Shown piece after piece: positions 9,469 to 20,106 of a DNA stretch of 64,000 bases (the first letter of the stretch is position 1; every line of letters starts with the position of its first letter). This stretch comes from Candidatus Latescibacterota bacterium (GTDB lineage Bacteria > Latescibacterota > UBA2968 > UBA8231), in the NCBI GenBank assembly GCA_963422735.1, contig OY730476.1:2272001-2336000 (forward strand), in the 5' to 3' direction. The notes under the pieces were generated by a model that worked only from the letters and a program-made list of their open reading frames with translations, was not told the DNA's origin and ran no database searches. A program made the position numbers and the translations under genes.

Positions 9469-11481
9469 TCAATACGCTACCGAGACCGAACGAAATTGCT
9501 CTGATGCTTCCTTGTCTGCATCTGCCTTTATGTGCAGGAGGTATATGCCGGGGGGGACCAACTCCCCTTGGTCGTCGCGTCCGTTCCATTGCTCAGTATA
9601 AAAACCCTTGTTGAATTTCCCGCGCACCAAGACTCTGACCTGCTGGCCTGCAAGGGTATAGACGCCGATCTCGGTGGCGGTATCTTCGACGCCCAGTAGC
9701 GTGAATGCGATGTCGAGTTCGTCGTTGATGCGGTCGCCGTTGGGAGTCAGGACCGACGTCGCCAACGCGATCTCAGAGAGCGTTTCTAGGGAGGTACCCG
9801 TGGCGAAAACGCGGACATCGTTGCTATTGAGATCTGCACTCGCGTCGCCAGGATCAATAGACTGGGGCAGGTTTTCCCCCTCCAACTCCAACACCTCTCC
9901 GAGGAAGTGGGTAGTGAAGTCCAATAAGGCCGTGCGAAAGGTAAGCCGTAGGTGCTCCTCTCCATCGGCGCGCACCACTTTATGCGAGGGAAAATACACG
10001 GCTAAAACCCCGTCGGCGAAGCGGACGCTGTCGGGGGCTATCTCCTCGAGTGGCTGTCCGATTTCTAGCTTGACGAGCTCGGCCTCGGCTACGGTATTGA
10101 GTTTGATAGCATCAAAGCCTAGCTGGCCGTCGGTGCCGAAACTAGCTAAGAGATCGTAGATAAATGTCGTCTCTTGGCCAGCCGGCGCTTCGGGCACCCG
10201 GTCTTCTCCCCCGGCCAAACCCACCTCGCCGACGATGGCCTCCACGAGGAGCGGCGAGTACTCAATCGCTACGGATTGTACCTGGCCGAAGGTGTGGAAA
10301 TCCTCGGCTACCATATTGAACTGAAGCTGCATATAACGCCGTGCGTCCGGCGAACGGAGCAATTGGCCGGGAAGGTCGTAGGGCGTTGACCAGAAACTCC
10401 AGTTTTGCTCATCGAGCTTGATCGACGATTTGTCGCCGGGGCGGTCTCCCTGAACAAAGGGCGATTTCTCCAGTGCTTTATTGTAAACCGCTTCTTCTAC
10501 TTTCCGTTCCGTGCCTATATCGCTGATGATGTAATACGCCTTCGGAGTATCGTCCTTGCCGGTGCGGGTTTCCACTACCAAGCTAATCGGCGCATCCGGC
10601 GACGGAATGGGTTCTGGTTCGCCCGGCGTTTTGCGGAACTTTTCAAACTCCCAAAAAATGCGCCCGAAATTCACCGGTACTCCCAGGTCGATAACCGATG
10701 TGAGATAACTAGTATCCGGCGCAAAACCCTCGCCATACACCTCAACCTCGCTCAGCATGTACACCTGTTCAATCAGATTAAAGGAAATGCGCAAAAAACG
10801 CAGAGTCTGCGCGGGGAAGCCAACATCTATAACGCGGTCGGAGTTGACAAAGGTGCGGAACAGTACCTGCTCTAGGGTGCGAGGTCTGTCTTCTTCGCTG
10901 AGCAGGAGAAAATCCGCAGGTTCTCTGGCACCCGATATTTCATACGCCCGGGGAAAGCGTTGCTTTCTCAAGCCCCCGGATTCGTCCAGTCCGGTAGCCG
11001 GAGGATAGAATACCACGCGATTTACGGGAATGGGAAACGCAAAGTCAAAAGTATATATATCTTCCCGGCGACCCCCACCCACCCTAGACCAACGCAGCTT
11101 GGTCACCGTAGCGAGATCGCCGTCAATGACCTGAAAGGGTGCCGTGTGGTAGAGGGGCAGAATACTGGTCCAGAAACGAGGCGTTACCCCCAGTTCAAAA
11201 TCGTCCCTTTTGGGCTGCTTGCCTAGCTGCCAAGTGCTGCCCAGAATCGTAGTATATTCACCGCTCTCCGTGCGGGGACCGGCGATGATATTCTGATGCG
11301 GCAAAAGTTCGAGGGGCTGTAGGGCACCATTGACCGAGACCGTCTCCAAGCCGACGGCGCGCTCACCGAGTTCGTCCCAAGGGACCCCGCCCTGTCCGAG
11401 AACCAAAGTGTGGGTCTCGGCCCGCAGCGGCTCGACGCCGCTCAACAAGACCGCAGCAACGGCAATGAAAGTAATTTTCAT
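9469..11481 (-). CDS. Family A exported protein
   Basis: Signal peptide; EVEVYGEGF, TRTGKD, NWSFWSTPY, LTPNGDRIND, WNGRD...PPGIY; ends SVAY. Confidence 0.85.
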   Translation of the reverse strand: MKITFIAVAAVLLSGVEPLRAETHTLVLGQGGVPWDELGERAVGLETVSVNGALQPLELLPHQNIIAGPRTESGEYTTILGSTWQLGKQPKRDDFELGVTPRFWTSILPLYHTAPFQVIDGDLATVTKLRWSRVGGGRREDIYTFDFAFPIPVNRVVFYPPATGLDESGGLRKQRFPRAYEISGAREPADFLLLSEEDRPRTLEQVLFRTFVNSDRVIDVGFPAQTLRFLRISFNLIEQVYMLSEVEVYGEGFAPDTSYLTSVIDLGVPVNFGRIFWEFEKFRKTPGEPEPIPSPDAPISLVVETRTGKDDTPKAYYIISDIGTERKVEEAVYNKALEKSPFVQGDRPGDKSSIKLDEQNWSFWSTPYDLPGQLLRSPDARRYMQLQFNMVAEDFHTFGQVQSVAIEYSPLLVEAIVGEVGLAGGEDRVPEAPAGQETTFIYDLLASFGTDGQLGFDAIKLNTVAEAELVKLEIGQPLEEIAPDSVRFADGVLAVYFPSHKVVRADGEEHLRLTFRTALLDFTTHFLGEVLELEGENLPQSIDPGDASADLNSNDVRVFATGTSLETLSEIALATSVLTPNGDRINDELDIAFTLLGVEDTATEIGVYTLAGQQVRVLVRGKFNKGFYTEQWNGRDDQGELVPPGIYLLHIKADADKEASEQFRSVSVAY

Positions 11482-11719
11482 TCGTCCGAACTCTGGGTTG
11501 CAACCTCATGTTTTAGACGGGATCGCTTGTCTCGCCCTTTGGGCGAGGTGAATCAGCAAGTGGGTGGCTTATATTGAGATGTAAGCGACAGAAGATACGG
11601 CAGAACAACGGCTATATAAACCCCTTGCCGCCGGGCGAGAAACCGCTTGGCACTGTTGATCTCCTGCCCTAGAATTAAAATTTGCGCCAATGGCCGACGC
11701 GGATTAGCGAGAACACGAC

Positions 11720-13276
11720 ATGACTAATGCTACGCACACCCTGCTGCTCCCCAACCAAGTTGACGAGGCCCTCGCCGCGCACTTTGCCGCGCTCGGCGTC
11801 GGCACGATATCGGCCTACAAGCTCTGGTGCCACCGGCACGGCCTGAGCACGGCACTGGACAAAACACCGCAAGAGTGGGCCGAGGAGCGGGCACTTTTCG
11901 CCGCGTTGCAGCCATCGGTAGATCCAACAGCCAGCAAGGAGCACGACCCGCGTCGCGCTGCGCTGATCGGCCGGCTCTTCAACGGTGAGCTAGAGGGAGA
12001 AAAGCTCAACGATCTGCTCTCTCGGTTGCGCGTCGAACGCAACGCGCTGGCCGGCGTCCCAGACGCCCAAAAGGCCCTAGGGCGGCTGGTGCTGCACGTC
12101 GAAAAGTACGGCCACTTGCTGCGGCCCATGCCCGTGCTCAAGCGCCTCGGTGCCAACCGCACCAACACCTATATCGCCGCCTTGGGGCAACTGGCGCAGC
12201 ACCATCGCGACTGGCTGCGGCCGGTGGAGGAGTGGCGGCCCGACACGACCAAGGAGCGACCCCAGTTCCGGGCACTGGCGCGGCATCTGCTCGCCCGCTA
12301 CGAGGTCCCCGCGCCCATGGACACCGCTTGGCTCCAAGGACACACTGCGGAAGCCTATCAGCAGCAGGAGTGGTTCAAGCACGTAGCAGGCGGCCAAAAC
12401 TTGCGCACCGCGGGTGTGCCGATGAAGGTCACCAAGCGCATGGCGCATATCTTCATGCAGACCGACCATCCGCACCATACCCTGCTCCAAGCGCTGCGCA
12501 TGGCCCAAGTGGAGGCGCTCGGCGGCGACTCCCACGTATCTTGGTACGTGGCCGCCACGCCGCTGGGCGATTCGTTGGAAAACGAGGACTTCTGGATTTC
12601 GGTCGTCCACTTCTACGTCAACAACTACCCCATGCTACACCGCAGCTACTTCCTGCCGGTCTACGACTACATCCGCCACCAGAAGTACCTGCCCCAGCAG
12701 ATCACGCGGCCCGATGGCACCCAAGTCGAAGGGCCGCCGCCGCAGCCCAACTTCTGCATGAAAGGCCGCAGTGCTGCCAAATTGCTCCACCAAGTGGATC
12801 AATGGCATGAGACGTTGTCGGGAGAAGAAGATGTACCGCTCAAGACGTGGGCGGCTACGGGTTTGGCTGGTTTCCGCCTCGAAGAATACGACGCGCAACT
12901 CAAGTACAACCTCGTCTGGACCCTGTACGAACTCTGCACCTCGCAGCAGCTTCAGACCGAAGGCCGCATCATGGGCCACTGCGTCTTTTCTTACACCGAG
13001 CGATGCCTTGCTGGCGACACTTCGATCTGGTCGCTGCGGGCACTCAACGCCGATGCCGAAGAGGCCCTCGAAAAGCGCGTCCTCACCATCGCCGTTGACA
13101 ACCGCCAGCGGGCCATTACCCAAGCCCGAGGCAAGTTCAACATGGCACTCAATCAGCGGGAGCGGCTGGAGAAGAGACGCCGAGCCGGTTCTCTATACGT
13201 GCATTTGTTGCGCGAGTCGGCGCGGATTTTGCGCTTGTGGACCGATAAGGTGGGATTGGTGCAGAAGAGCACGTGA
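11720..13276 (+). CDS. PcfJ-like domain protein
   Basis: C-terminal 'EL...QLQTEGRIMGHCVFSYTERC..G..SIWSLR...LTIAV....ITQARGKFN' matches the PcfJ-like motif. Confidence 0.8.
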   Translation: MTNATHTLLLPNQVDEALAAHFAALGVGTISAYKLWCHRHGLSTALDKTPQEWAEERALFAALQPSVDPTASKEHDPRRAALIGRLFNGELEGEKLNDLLSRLRVERNALAGVPDAQKALGRLVLHVEKYGHLLRPMPVLKRLGANRTNTYIAALGQLAQHHRDWLRPVEEWRPDTTKERPQFRALARHLLARYEVPAPMDTAWLQGHTAEAYQQQEWFKHVAGGQNLRTAGVPMKVTKRMAHIFMQTDHPHHTLLQALRMAQVEALGGDSHVSWYVAATPLGDSLENEDFWISVVHFYVNNYPMLHRSYFLPVYDYIRHQKYLPQQITRPDGTQVEGPPPQPNFCMKGRSAAKLLHQVDQWHETLSGEEDVPLKTWAATGLAGFRLEEYDAQLKYNLVWTLYELCTSQQLQTEGRIMGHCVFSYTERCLAGDTSIWSLRALNADAEEALEKRVLTIAVDNRQRAITQARGKFNMALNQRERLEKRRRAGSLYVHLLRESARILRLWTDKVGLVQKST

Positions 13277-13855
13277 TCGTATTACAGTTTGAAGAAAAGC
13301 GTACCCATCATCGACAGCCAAGTGGTAATAGCCAAGCCGATAACCAAGTTAAATTTGCTGTTGAACTCGCGGCGTATTTCGCGGATTTCGGACTTAAGTT
13401 CGGTCTCTAGACCGTCGATCTTGGACTCGATTTTGGTATTGTTTCCGCGCACATCCGTCTCAATGAGGCTTAGGCGATGGTCGATCTGCTGCAAAACATC
13501 GCGAGTGGTGAGTCGGGAGAGGATTGTGGGTTGGACATGGTGAGCATCCTTTGGTATTCGAGCAAAGATAATCGGCTACATGGCTAATGCAAAATGCAGA
13601 CCAGTCGTTGCACTCTGAGCGACGGCGTTTTGTTAGATGCACGGTGTAGTATGGGAGGAACAGTCGTGTTGCGATTGCGCTACAGCTTATGTGCATAGCC
13701 CGACGTGGCAATTACCGAGGTATAGGTGCATGCCGACGGCACGGTTGAGCAGCGCTTTTTGCCCTGTAAGACCTAAGTATTGGCCATCGCGCACTTCGGC
13801 AGTGATTACTTGGATTTTGCGCTTGTGGACGATAAGGTGAGGCTGGTACAGAAGA
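13224..13855 (+). repeat. Imperfect 45-bp direct repeat (13224-13268 and 13812-13855) duplicating the 3' end of the PcfJ gene
   Basis: ggattttgcgcttgtggaccgataaggtgggattggtgcagaaga vs ggattttgcgcttgtggac-gataaggtgaggctggtacagaaga (4 mismatches, 1 indel). Confidence 0.8.
13282..13538 (-). pseudogene. Small coiled-coil + C-terminal TM protein (DUF1640/CCDC90-like), frameshifted near the 5' end
   Basis: RBS AAAGGA + ATG at 13538 (MSNPQSSPD) is out of frame by one base with LTTRDVLQQIDHRLS...FNLVIGLAITTWLSMMGTLFFKL. Confidence 0.6.
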
Positions 13856-13885
13856 TCCCGTAGGGACCCTACGGACAAGACGCGA

Positions 13886-14410
13886 TTAACGGGTACCCAC
13901 TGAAAGCAGCGATTTGACCTGTCCCCAGGTCTGGGCTTCGACGCTCGTAGCGGAAGGGGAGGCTGGCCGCCATTCGGGAAAATTTCCGCCCAAGCCATTG
14001 GTCAGTTCGACCAAGTTGCTCCCATCTGTATCAATAGTCCAAATCTCAAACGGGCCGCCTATATCGGGGCTAGAAGCGAAGGCTATTCTCATGCCGTCGG
14101 ATGACCAAGTCGGGTTTATATCATAGTTGGGGCTGTCGGTCAGGCGAGTGGGCGTACGCTCGTCTCCACTGTTATCAACAATATAGATGTCAGTCTGGTC
14201 CTCATCCCCCCGGATGAACATGTTTTTAGTTCCGTCTGGAGAAGGCGTCCTTATTGTTCGGGCGATAGCCCCCTCCTTCCGGTCCGCAGGTAGGGGACCA
14301 CTTCCGTCTTCTATCCCTATAACAAACGACTCAGTGCCCGCTTGCCCCCAGCCATCAACTGTCAACCCCAGCGTTGCCAAGCAGACGATTAGTAGAGACC
14401 GATAGCCCAT
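13886..14410 (-). CDS. Secreted TolB-like (PD40 repeat) protein with C-terminal TWGxVK motif
   Basis: Signal peptide; SPDG and PTWSSDGMRIAF PD40 repeats; ends TSVEAQTWGQVKSLLSVGTR. Confidence 0.75.
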   Translation of the reverse strand: MGYRSLLIVCLATLGLTVDGWGQAGTESFVIGIEDGSGPLPADRKEGAIARTIRTPSPDGTKNMFIRGDEDQTDIYIVDNSGDERTPTRLTDSPNYDINPTWSSDGMRIAFASSPDIGGPFEIWTIDTDGSNLVELTNGLGGNFPEWRPASPSATSVEAQTWGQVKSLLSVGTR

Positions 14411-14550
14411 AACGTGGCTCCCTTTAAATTTGCGAATTGGGCAAAGTGTGGCTAGACACTATGACTAAAACCTGATGACTTACAAGTACGGCGTACGCAA
14501 GGCATCTTCAACCGGTGAAGGGGATTTCAGTCCCGTCGGCAGTCGTCTCT

Positions 14551-16455
14551 TCAATAGAACACGCTGAGCGTCCTAGCTAGCACCTCTTCCCCCGACTCGG
14601 CCTCGGCCGCGATGCGCACTATATAAGCCCCTGGAGGTACCAGATTGCCGATCGCATCGCGGCCGTCCCAGGTTTGTTCGTAGGCTCCGGCGGACAAGGC
14701 GTCAAAAAAAAGCTGACGCACCCGGCGTCCAGCCAGATCGTAGATGCCGATGGAGAAATCGACCTCCTGCACCAAACGCAAGACTTGAAAAGTAATGCGA
14801 CTCTCTTCGTTGACGCCGTCCCCATTGGGGGTACACACCGCCGGTACGACCTGCATAGTGGATAAAATCCCACCCTCTGCGGCATTGGAGAAAAAGACCC
14901 GGCTAGTGTTGGTGCCAACACTCGGACTGGCATCGCCGGCAGCGACGGGCTGGGGTAAACGACCTCCAGAGTCGATTAGGTGGCTCGCCAAGTTAGTAGC
15001 ATAGACCAGAATAGCCGTGCGAAAAGTAACGCGCAGCGGCTTGTTGTTGTTCGGCCCGATCCGGTTCGATGGGAAGGACAGCATCAGCCCACTCGCATTC
15101 GCGTGGACGCTGTCGGGCACCACCTCGACGAGCGGCTCACCCATCTCGAATTTGAGCAACGTCGGTTCGCTCTGGGTTGCGATGTGCAAGCCATCGAACC
15201 CCATCTGCGCGTCGCTGCTAAATTCTGCCCGAATGTCATAGGTAAAAAGAGTATCTCGACCTGCTGGCACCGCAACTATACCCCCTGGGGGGAACGGGTC
15301 TGCGACAACGGCGACCTCGCCTACGGCGCGGTCGGCCAGAGGCAGTGAGTAGCTAACAGCCAAGCTGTCTATCTGGATGAGATCGGTAGAGGTGCCCCGA
15401 AAAAAAAGCTGGAAATCAAAATACCTTCTTGGGCCAGGCAGTTCGAGGGGATAGGTAAAAATACCTGTCGAATCAATGCGGATCGGATTCTTCCAGGTCC
15501 AGCTTTCGGCATCGTTGAGGATGGAACCGCGAAAATCCTCCGCCAGCTTGGCATAGGCGTCTGCGGTCGTGGGTTGCTCTGAACCCGTTTCGCGATCGAC
15601 GATTTCAAAATGGACTAGGGGAGTCTCATCAGTGCCGTTGCGCAGGGTCAGGTCCACGGACGCCGCGGCTGTCGCTGTCGGGAGCAGGACGCCGTCTGGC
15701 TGTCGGCGCAACTTGGTGGTTTTGACGGAGAGCGTGCCGAGAATCGCTGCTGTGGGCAATTCAATAAGCTTGGAAATATAAGTGCCTTTGGGCACGAAAC
15801 CTGTGCCAAAGGCTTCGATTTCCGCTATTTCAAATGGATTGGGCGAAAGAATGCGCAGCCTGATAAAACGGATTAGCTGCACTGGAAAGTCGATTGTCGC
15901 TCTCGGCTCGGTCTGCAAATCAACGCGTTTCAAGACCTGATAGCGCGGCTCTCCTTGCTGGGTATAGTCGCGGCCATCACTCACAGAAAGTTCAAAGGCC
16001 CTAGGAAAGTCGTCGGGAAAGGATGGGCTGGGAAAGTAGATCAGACGATTGGCCGGAAAAGAAGCCCCTAAGTCCAAAAAAAAGATGCGACCAGTCTGAT
16101 CGGTGCCCAGCCCTTTGAATCGGCCGCCGGAAGAAGTCTGGTCATCGCCATCGACTAGGACGGCGGCAGAGCCTTCGATGGCGGCGTTGTCCCAGATGTG
16201 GGCACTGCCTTCGGTGACAAAGTCCAACGTAGGCGAGTCGCTCCAATCGAGTGTGCGGAGGATATTGTCGGTTTCTGCCAAGCCGATAGGACGGATCAAA
16301 GCCGGGTTCTGCAGATCTACTCCTCCTGCGACCGCGGCCTGAGAATCCCAAGAAAGCCCATCCCCACCGACTCTATAGCTTTCAACCTGTGCTCCGAGCG
16401 GCGCATTCAGCCAACATACTCCGCATAAAACGAGGCTGCCTGTGAGCAGTCTCAT
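14551..16455 (-). CDS. Family A exported protein
   Basis: ATGA overlap with the upstream gene; signal peptide; LDLGASFPANR, EIEAFGTGF, CTPNGDGVNE, WDGRD...PPGAY; ends SVFY. Confidence 0.85.
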   Translation of the reverse strand: MRLLTGSLVLCGVCWLNAPLGAQVESYRVGGDGLSWDSQAAVAGGVDLQNPALIRPIGLAETDNILRTLDWSDSPTLDFVTEGSAHIWDNAAIEGSAAVLVDGDDQTSSGGRFKGLGTDQTGRIFFLDLGASFPANRLIYFPSPSFPDDFPRAFELSVSDGRDYTQQGEPRYQVLKRVDLQTEPRATIDFPVQLIRFIRLRILSPNPFEIAEIEAFGTGFVPKGTYISKLIELPTAAILGTLSVKTTKLRRQPDGVLLPTATAAASVDLTLRNGTDETPLVHFEIVDRETGSEQPTTADAYAKLAEDFRGSILNDAESWTWKNPIRIDSTGIFTYPLELPGPRRYFDFQLFFRGTSTDLIQIDSLAVSYSLPLADRAVGEVAVVADPFPPGGIVAVPAGRDTLFTYDIRAEFSSDAQMGFDGLHIATQSEPTLLKFEMGEPLVEVVPDSVHANASGLMLSFPSNRIGPNNNKPLRVTFRTAILVYATNLASHLIDSGGRLPQPVAAGDASPSVGTNTSRVFFSNAAEGGILSTMQVVPAVCTPNGDGVNEESRITFQVLRLVQEVDFSIGIYDLAGRRVRQLFFDALSAGAYEQTWDGRDAIGNLVPPGAYIVRIAAEAESGEEVLARTLSVFY

Positions 16456-17198
16456 TCCTGCGCCCAATCTGCCGGAGGCTGATACCCCCTGAATACCTCG
16501 CGCTGAAAATGGTACGCCAGATCTATGGTCTCGACGGGCTGCTGCCTGAAGTCGAAGCGAATTGCCACGTCGCTGAGGTGAACGGTAAACTCATTGATAT
16601 CGTGGGGTAACGCGGGAAATACCACAAACCCCTCAACTTCTTGGCCACTGAAAATGTCTTCGTCTGGATATATGGTGCGGGTCAGAATCTCTCTCCGCTC
16701 CCGAAAGACACTGTAGGCATTGCCCGCATACCCGGGAATCATGGAACCATAGAATTCGAGGATATCCGTTCTGTTGAGAGGATCGTACTCGCGGCCGGCC
16801 TGTTGGGAGACCAGCGTTATTCGGGTGGGGTCCAGATGTACCTTGGGATACTCGTAGTTTTTCACCTGGACCGAAAAGACGGTGTACTTTGGTGGCGTGT
16901 AGGTATCGCCTAGCGGCTTCCAATTGCCAAAGGTATATGGATTCTTGGAGTTGGCACCCGCCGCAGAGTAGTCGGCAAATTGACGGTTCAGCTCTTCGTC
17001 CGCCATGGGGCGCAGAGAGATTTCGAGGCGGTTGAAAACGGCGGTAATGGTCCCGTCGTCCTCAACCGAGGCATAGGCTTCCTGGCGATTTTCGGGCGCG
17101 GGTGCGATCAGCCCGGGGAAATAGCGACCACAACCAACCAGCACCAGCAGAACCAAGGCACCCAAGCATGGACTCATCGCAAAGCGCTTCCCAGACAT
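16452..17198 (-). CDS. Conserved hypothetical lipoprotein (family C)
   Basis: Lipobox LVGC; NPYTFGNW, TVFSVQVKNYEYPKVHLDP; paralog at 46567-47306. Start uncertain (17198 or 17177). Confidence 0.75.
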   Translation of the reverse strand: MSGKRFAMSPCLGALVLLVLVGCGRYFPGLIAPAPENRQEAYASVEDDGTITAVFNRLEISLRPMADEELNRQFADYSAAGANSKNPYTFGNWKPLGDTYTPPKYTVFSVQVKNYEYPKVHLDPTRITLVSQQAGREYDPLNRTDILEFYGSMIPGYAGNAYSVFRERREILTRTIYPDEDIFSGQEVEGFVVFPALPHDINEFTVHLSDVAIRFDFRQQPVETIDLAYHFQREVFRGYQPPADWAQE

Positions 17199-17268
17199 CC
17201 TACAAAATGCAAAAGCGGGAAGTAGAGATATGTACACCTCTCCTCCCCGCTGCTGAAATGGGAAAATT

Positions 17269-18177
17269 TTACTCGTCGAAAGTCGCCTTGATTTTTCCCC
17301 AAGTACTGCCTTCGACTGCGGTGCCGACATCGCTGCCCCGGGTGTACTCATCTACGGTCAACAGAGTAAAGTCAGAGGCGAAATCCTGATCTCTATGCGC
17401 CCCATTGACGTCTCCGGTTACTAGCTGATGCGTCCGGGCCGCGCCTTCAGCAGGCGTCGTATCGGCCTCGTTGAGCTGGTAGGTGAGACCAACCGTCATG
17501 CCCGGCTGCAAGATCACTCGGTCTGTAGAGGCCTCGTCGTTTTCCAAGTTGACCCACAGCGGCATGGCGAACTCATAGCCTAGGGTGACATTAGTCGATC
17601 CGTGCGTAGCACCAGGAGGGCTAAGACCGACATCGGCCTCAATATAGGCCGTAGCCCACTGCTTAGCCGGATCGGCGTCTTTGCGTAGCCAAGTCGTCCC
17701 GTTGCCGTAGGGCGTCGAATACCCGCCGGGAACCTGCGCGTGCATGGTCCACTGCTGCGCGTTCACTTGGTTCGGATCGCGGTACGGACCGCCGCTATGG
17801 TCGCCATCGGTAATAATTTCGAGATCGTCCTCAAACCACCCGTTTTCTGGATCCGTTTCGGCCGCGTGCAGAGAATCGTCCGTCACCCGCACAAAGCCCA
17901 AGATGCGGTTGTCAGGTGGCTGCGTCCAAGCCGTCCTTATGGAAACATCGATATCGCTCTTGTCTGGAATCACCTGTTGTACGACCTCGCCCATTTCGTC
18001 GGGAGTGATGATGAAATTAGGGTCGTACCAAGTCCAATCTCCGTCCTCGCCATCGGCGACGTACGTCACATCCGCTGGCCATTCCAAAGCGAAATATCCA
18101 AAACCATTGGCACTGCTGTGTGCAAAGCACGCGCTCGCAGCCAACAGCAAAACGCCAGAAACAGCAAATATCCTCAT
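17269..18177 (-). CDS. Secreted CBM9/DOMON-like protein with C-terminal TWGKIK motif
   Basis: RBS AAAGGAG; signal peptide; DG.D.DW, VRVTDD, DDLEI..DGDHSGG, YEF; ends TAVEGSTWGKIKATFDE. Confidence 0.75.
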   Translation of the reverse strand: MRIFAVSGVLLLAASACFAHSSANGFGYFALEWPADVTYVADGEDGDWTWYDPNFIITPDEMGEVVQQVIPDKSDIDVSIRTAWTQPPDNRILGFVRVTDDSLHAAETDPENGWFEDDLEIITDGDHSGGPYRDPNQVNAQQWTMHAQVPGGYSTPYGNGTTWLRKDADPAKQWATAYIEADVGLSPPGATHGSTNVTLGYEFAMPLWVNLENDEASTDRVILQPGMTVGLTYQLNEADTTPAEGAARTHQLVTGDVNGAHRDQDFASDFTLLTVDEYTRGSDVGTAVEGSTWGKIKATFDE

Positions 18178-18295
18178 AGTTCATCTCCTTTAAATTAGGT
18201 TGGAGTTAGCTGTTTTGTTTGTCGGATATGTCTTTCTACTAACGATTAAAAACCTCCTTTTTGAAGAGTTATAACATACGCCTCTTTGCCCGTTC

Positions 18296-18324
18296 AAGCT
18301 ATTTAGTAGCATAGTGCATGTCAA
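18296..18324 (-). promoter_or_regulatory. Putative sigma70 promoter for the 18177-13886 gene run
   Basis: TTGACA-17 nt-TAGCTT on the minus strand. Confidence 0.5.
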
Positions 18325-18329
18325 CTTTC

Positions 18330-19637
18330 ATGGCGATTGACCTATGGAGGCTGTACACCATGCTTAAGTGTGTGCAGAGCGGCTTGCTGGCTGCAGCCTG
18401 CTCTTTGCCTGCAGCATTCAACGACGGGGCTGGCGTCCCCGCAACCGCTCCTTCATAATGAACTGTACGCCGGCCAGATCCAAGACTGCGATTCCTTCAA
18501 CCCATTTCTCCCCGGCAGCGTCTCCAGCACCGGACACAACTTCCTCTACGAACCGCTCTACTTCTACAACCCCTATAGCAAAGAACAAAACCTCATACCT
18601 TGGTTCACCGAAGTGACCATACACCTCAGAGATGGAGTAAAATGGAGCGACGGTACGCCCGACTTGTTGAATAAAGAACGCCCCCGTCCTCAACTCCTCA
18701 GTGGCCATGGAGCTATGGGTTGCAGAGGCCAAGGTCGTAGATGATCTACAGGTAAAGATCGCGCTGAAATCGCCGAATCCGCGCTTTGTATTCGAGTATT
18801 TGACCAACAATTTCGGCAACGGCATACCCATGGTCCCCAAGCATATCTGGGAGGGCAAAGACGCGAGAACCTTTGCCAACCTTGATCTTCAGCGCGGCTG
18901 GCCCGTAGTCAGCGGCCCCTACCGGCTCGTTCGTTCCGAGCCTCAGCAGCGGATCTGGGATCTGCGGCAGAATTGGTAGGCGGCTGAGACGGGCTTTCGC
19001 CGACTCCCCCGAGTAGAACGCCTGATCTATCTGCCCACATTGGACGAAGACAAAAGGATGCAACCGGTCGACATGCACGACCCAACCAAGCCCGCAGAGA
19101 TCATGCAGCACCGGGGTTGGGTCTTAAAAAAGGGCCTTTGGACCAAGGGAGGCGCACCGTTCAAGATTACCATCGACCTGCATCCGGATCTTCACGACAT
19201 CGTCCCCGTGTTGGTCGGACAGCTACGCCGCGCCGGCTTCGATGCTAGTCTCAGAATGGCTTCTGATTATTACACCCGCATGACAGTGGGAGACGCCCGG
19301 TCCTTTCTGATCGGCAACGCAGGCAGCGTGCGCGACCCGTACTTCACCCTCAGACTCTATCACAGCCGCTACGTGCAACCAACCGGTACGGCCGCTATCT
19401 ACTTCTGGCGTTGGCAAAATGCCCGCTTCGATCAGATCGTCGATCGAATGGCCGGTACAGCCCCCGACGATCCGCGACTACTCGAACACTTTCGCCAAGC
19501 TATGGAAATCTGGCTGCGCGAGCTGCCCTCCACTCCACTGCTCCAGTGGTACCACAGAATCCCCCACAACGAAACCTACTGGCAGAATTGACCCACGGCG
19601 GAGACGCGCACCTACTGGGCGCACACTTGGCTGCTGG
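18330..19637 (+). pseudogene. Decayed family 5 (peptide/oligosaccharide) ABC substrate-binding protein
   Basis: Fragments in several frames (LYEPLYFYNP, LRDGVKWSDG, PMVPKHIW, PVVSGPY, EIWLRELP..PL, NETYW) with stops, frameshifts and deletions; ends at an IS4 remnant. Confidence 0.8.
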
Positions 19638-20099
19638 CTAAGTACGTGGGCTCTATCGCTGGGCGTGTTTCAGTTGCTGTCGTGCTTGGTGTATGCTCTG
19701 CGTGAGTGGGTCCAGTCCGCGGCGACAGAGGCTTATGGCTGATCGTCGATGTTTTTTGCGTTGGAAGGGTTGGCTGTGATGGAGGTGCTCGCCGACCCGC
19801 GGTGCCCGCATCAGGTGCAAGCGTTGGGGGTGGTCAGATGGAGTCCTTTGGCCTTGAAAACCCCAACCGCCGTTTCAACGACCTGCGCTGGCCATACAGA
19901 TTGAGTCCCTGCTTGCGGTTGGTTGGGTTGTAGCAGGCGGGCTTCGCCCTCGGCTTGATCCGATCGATAGGGTGGTGCGTGAGGGCTTTTTGTAGCATAT
20001 GTATAAACATGGTGCAGTTCCTGTATGTAGGGTTTGGGCGATTACGAATAAACCTAACTCGCGGCTGCACTGCCTCTTAGATCAATGTAGTGTACTTAA
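19638..20099 (-). mobile_element. Internally deleted IS4-family remnant (MITE-like)
   Basis: Ends ctaagtac.../...gtacttaa; minus-strand relics of the YREK motif (LYGQRR.VETAVGVFKAKGLHL) and KKHRRSAISLCRRGLD; 20002-20099 is similar to 50122-50230. Confidence 0.65.
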
Positions 20100-20106
20100 A
20101 GAGCAA

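Noticed and set aside
13224-13855. Direct repeat as a DGR template/variable repeat pair
   Set aside because: Too short, mismatches are not adenine-specific, and no reverse transcriptase is present.
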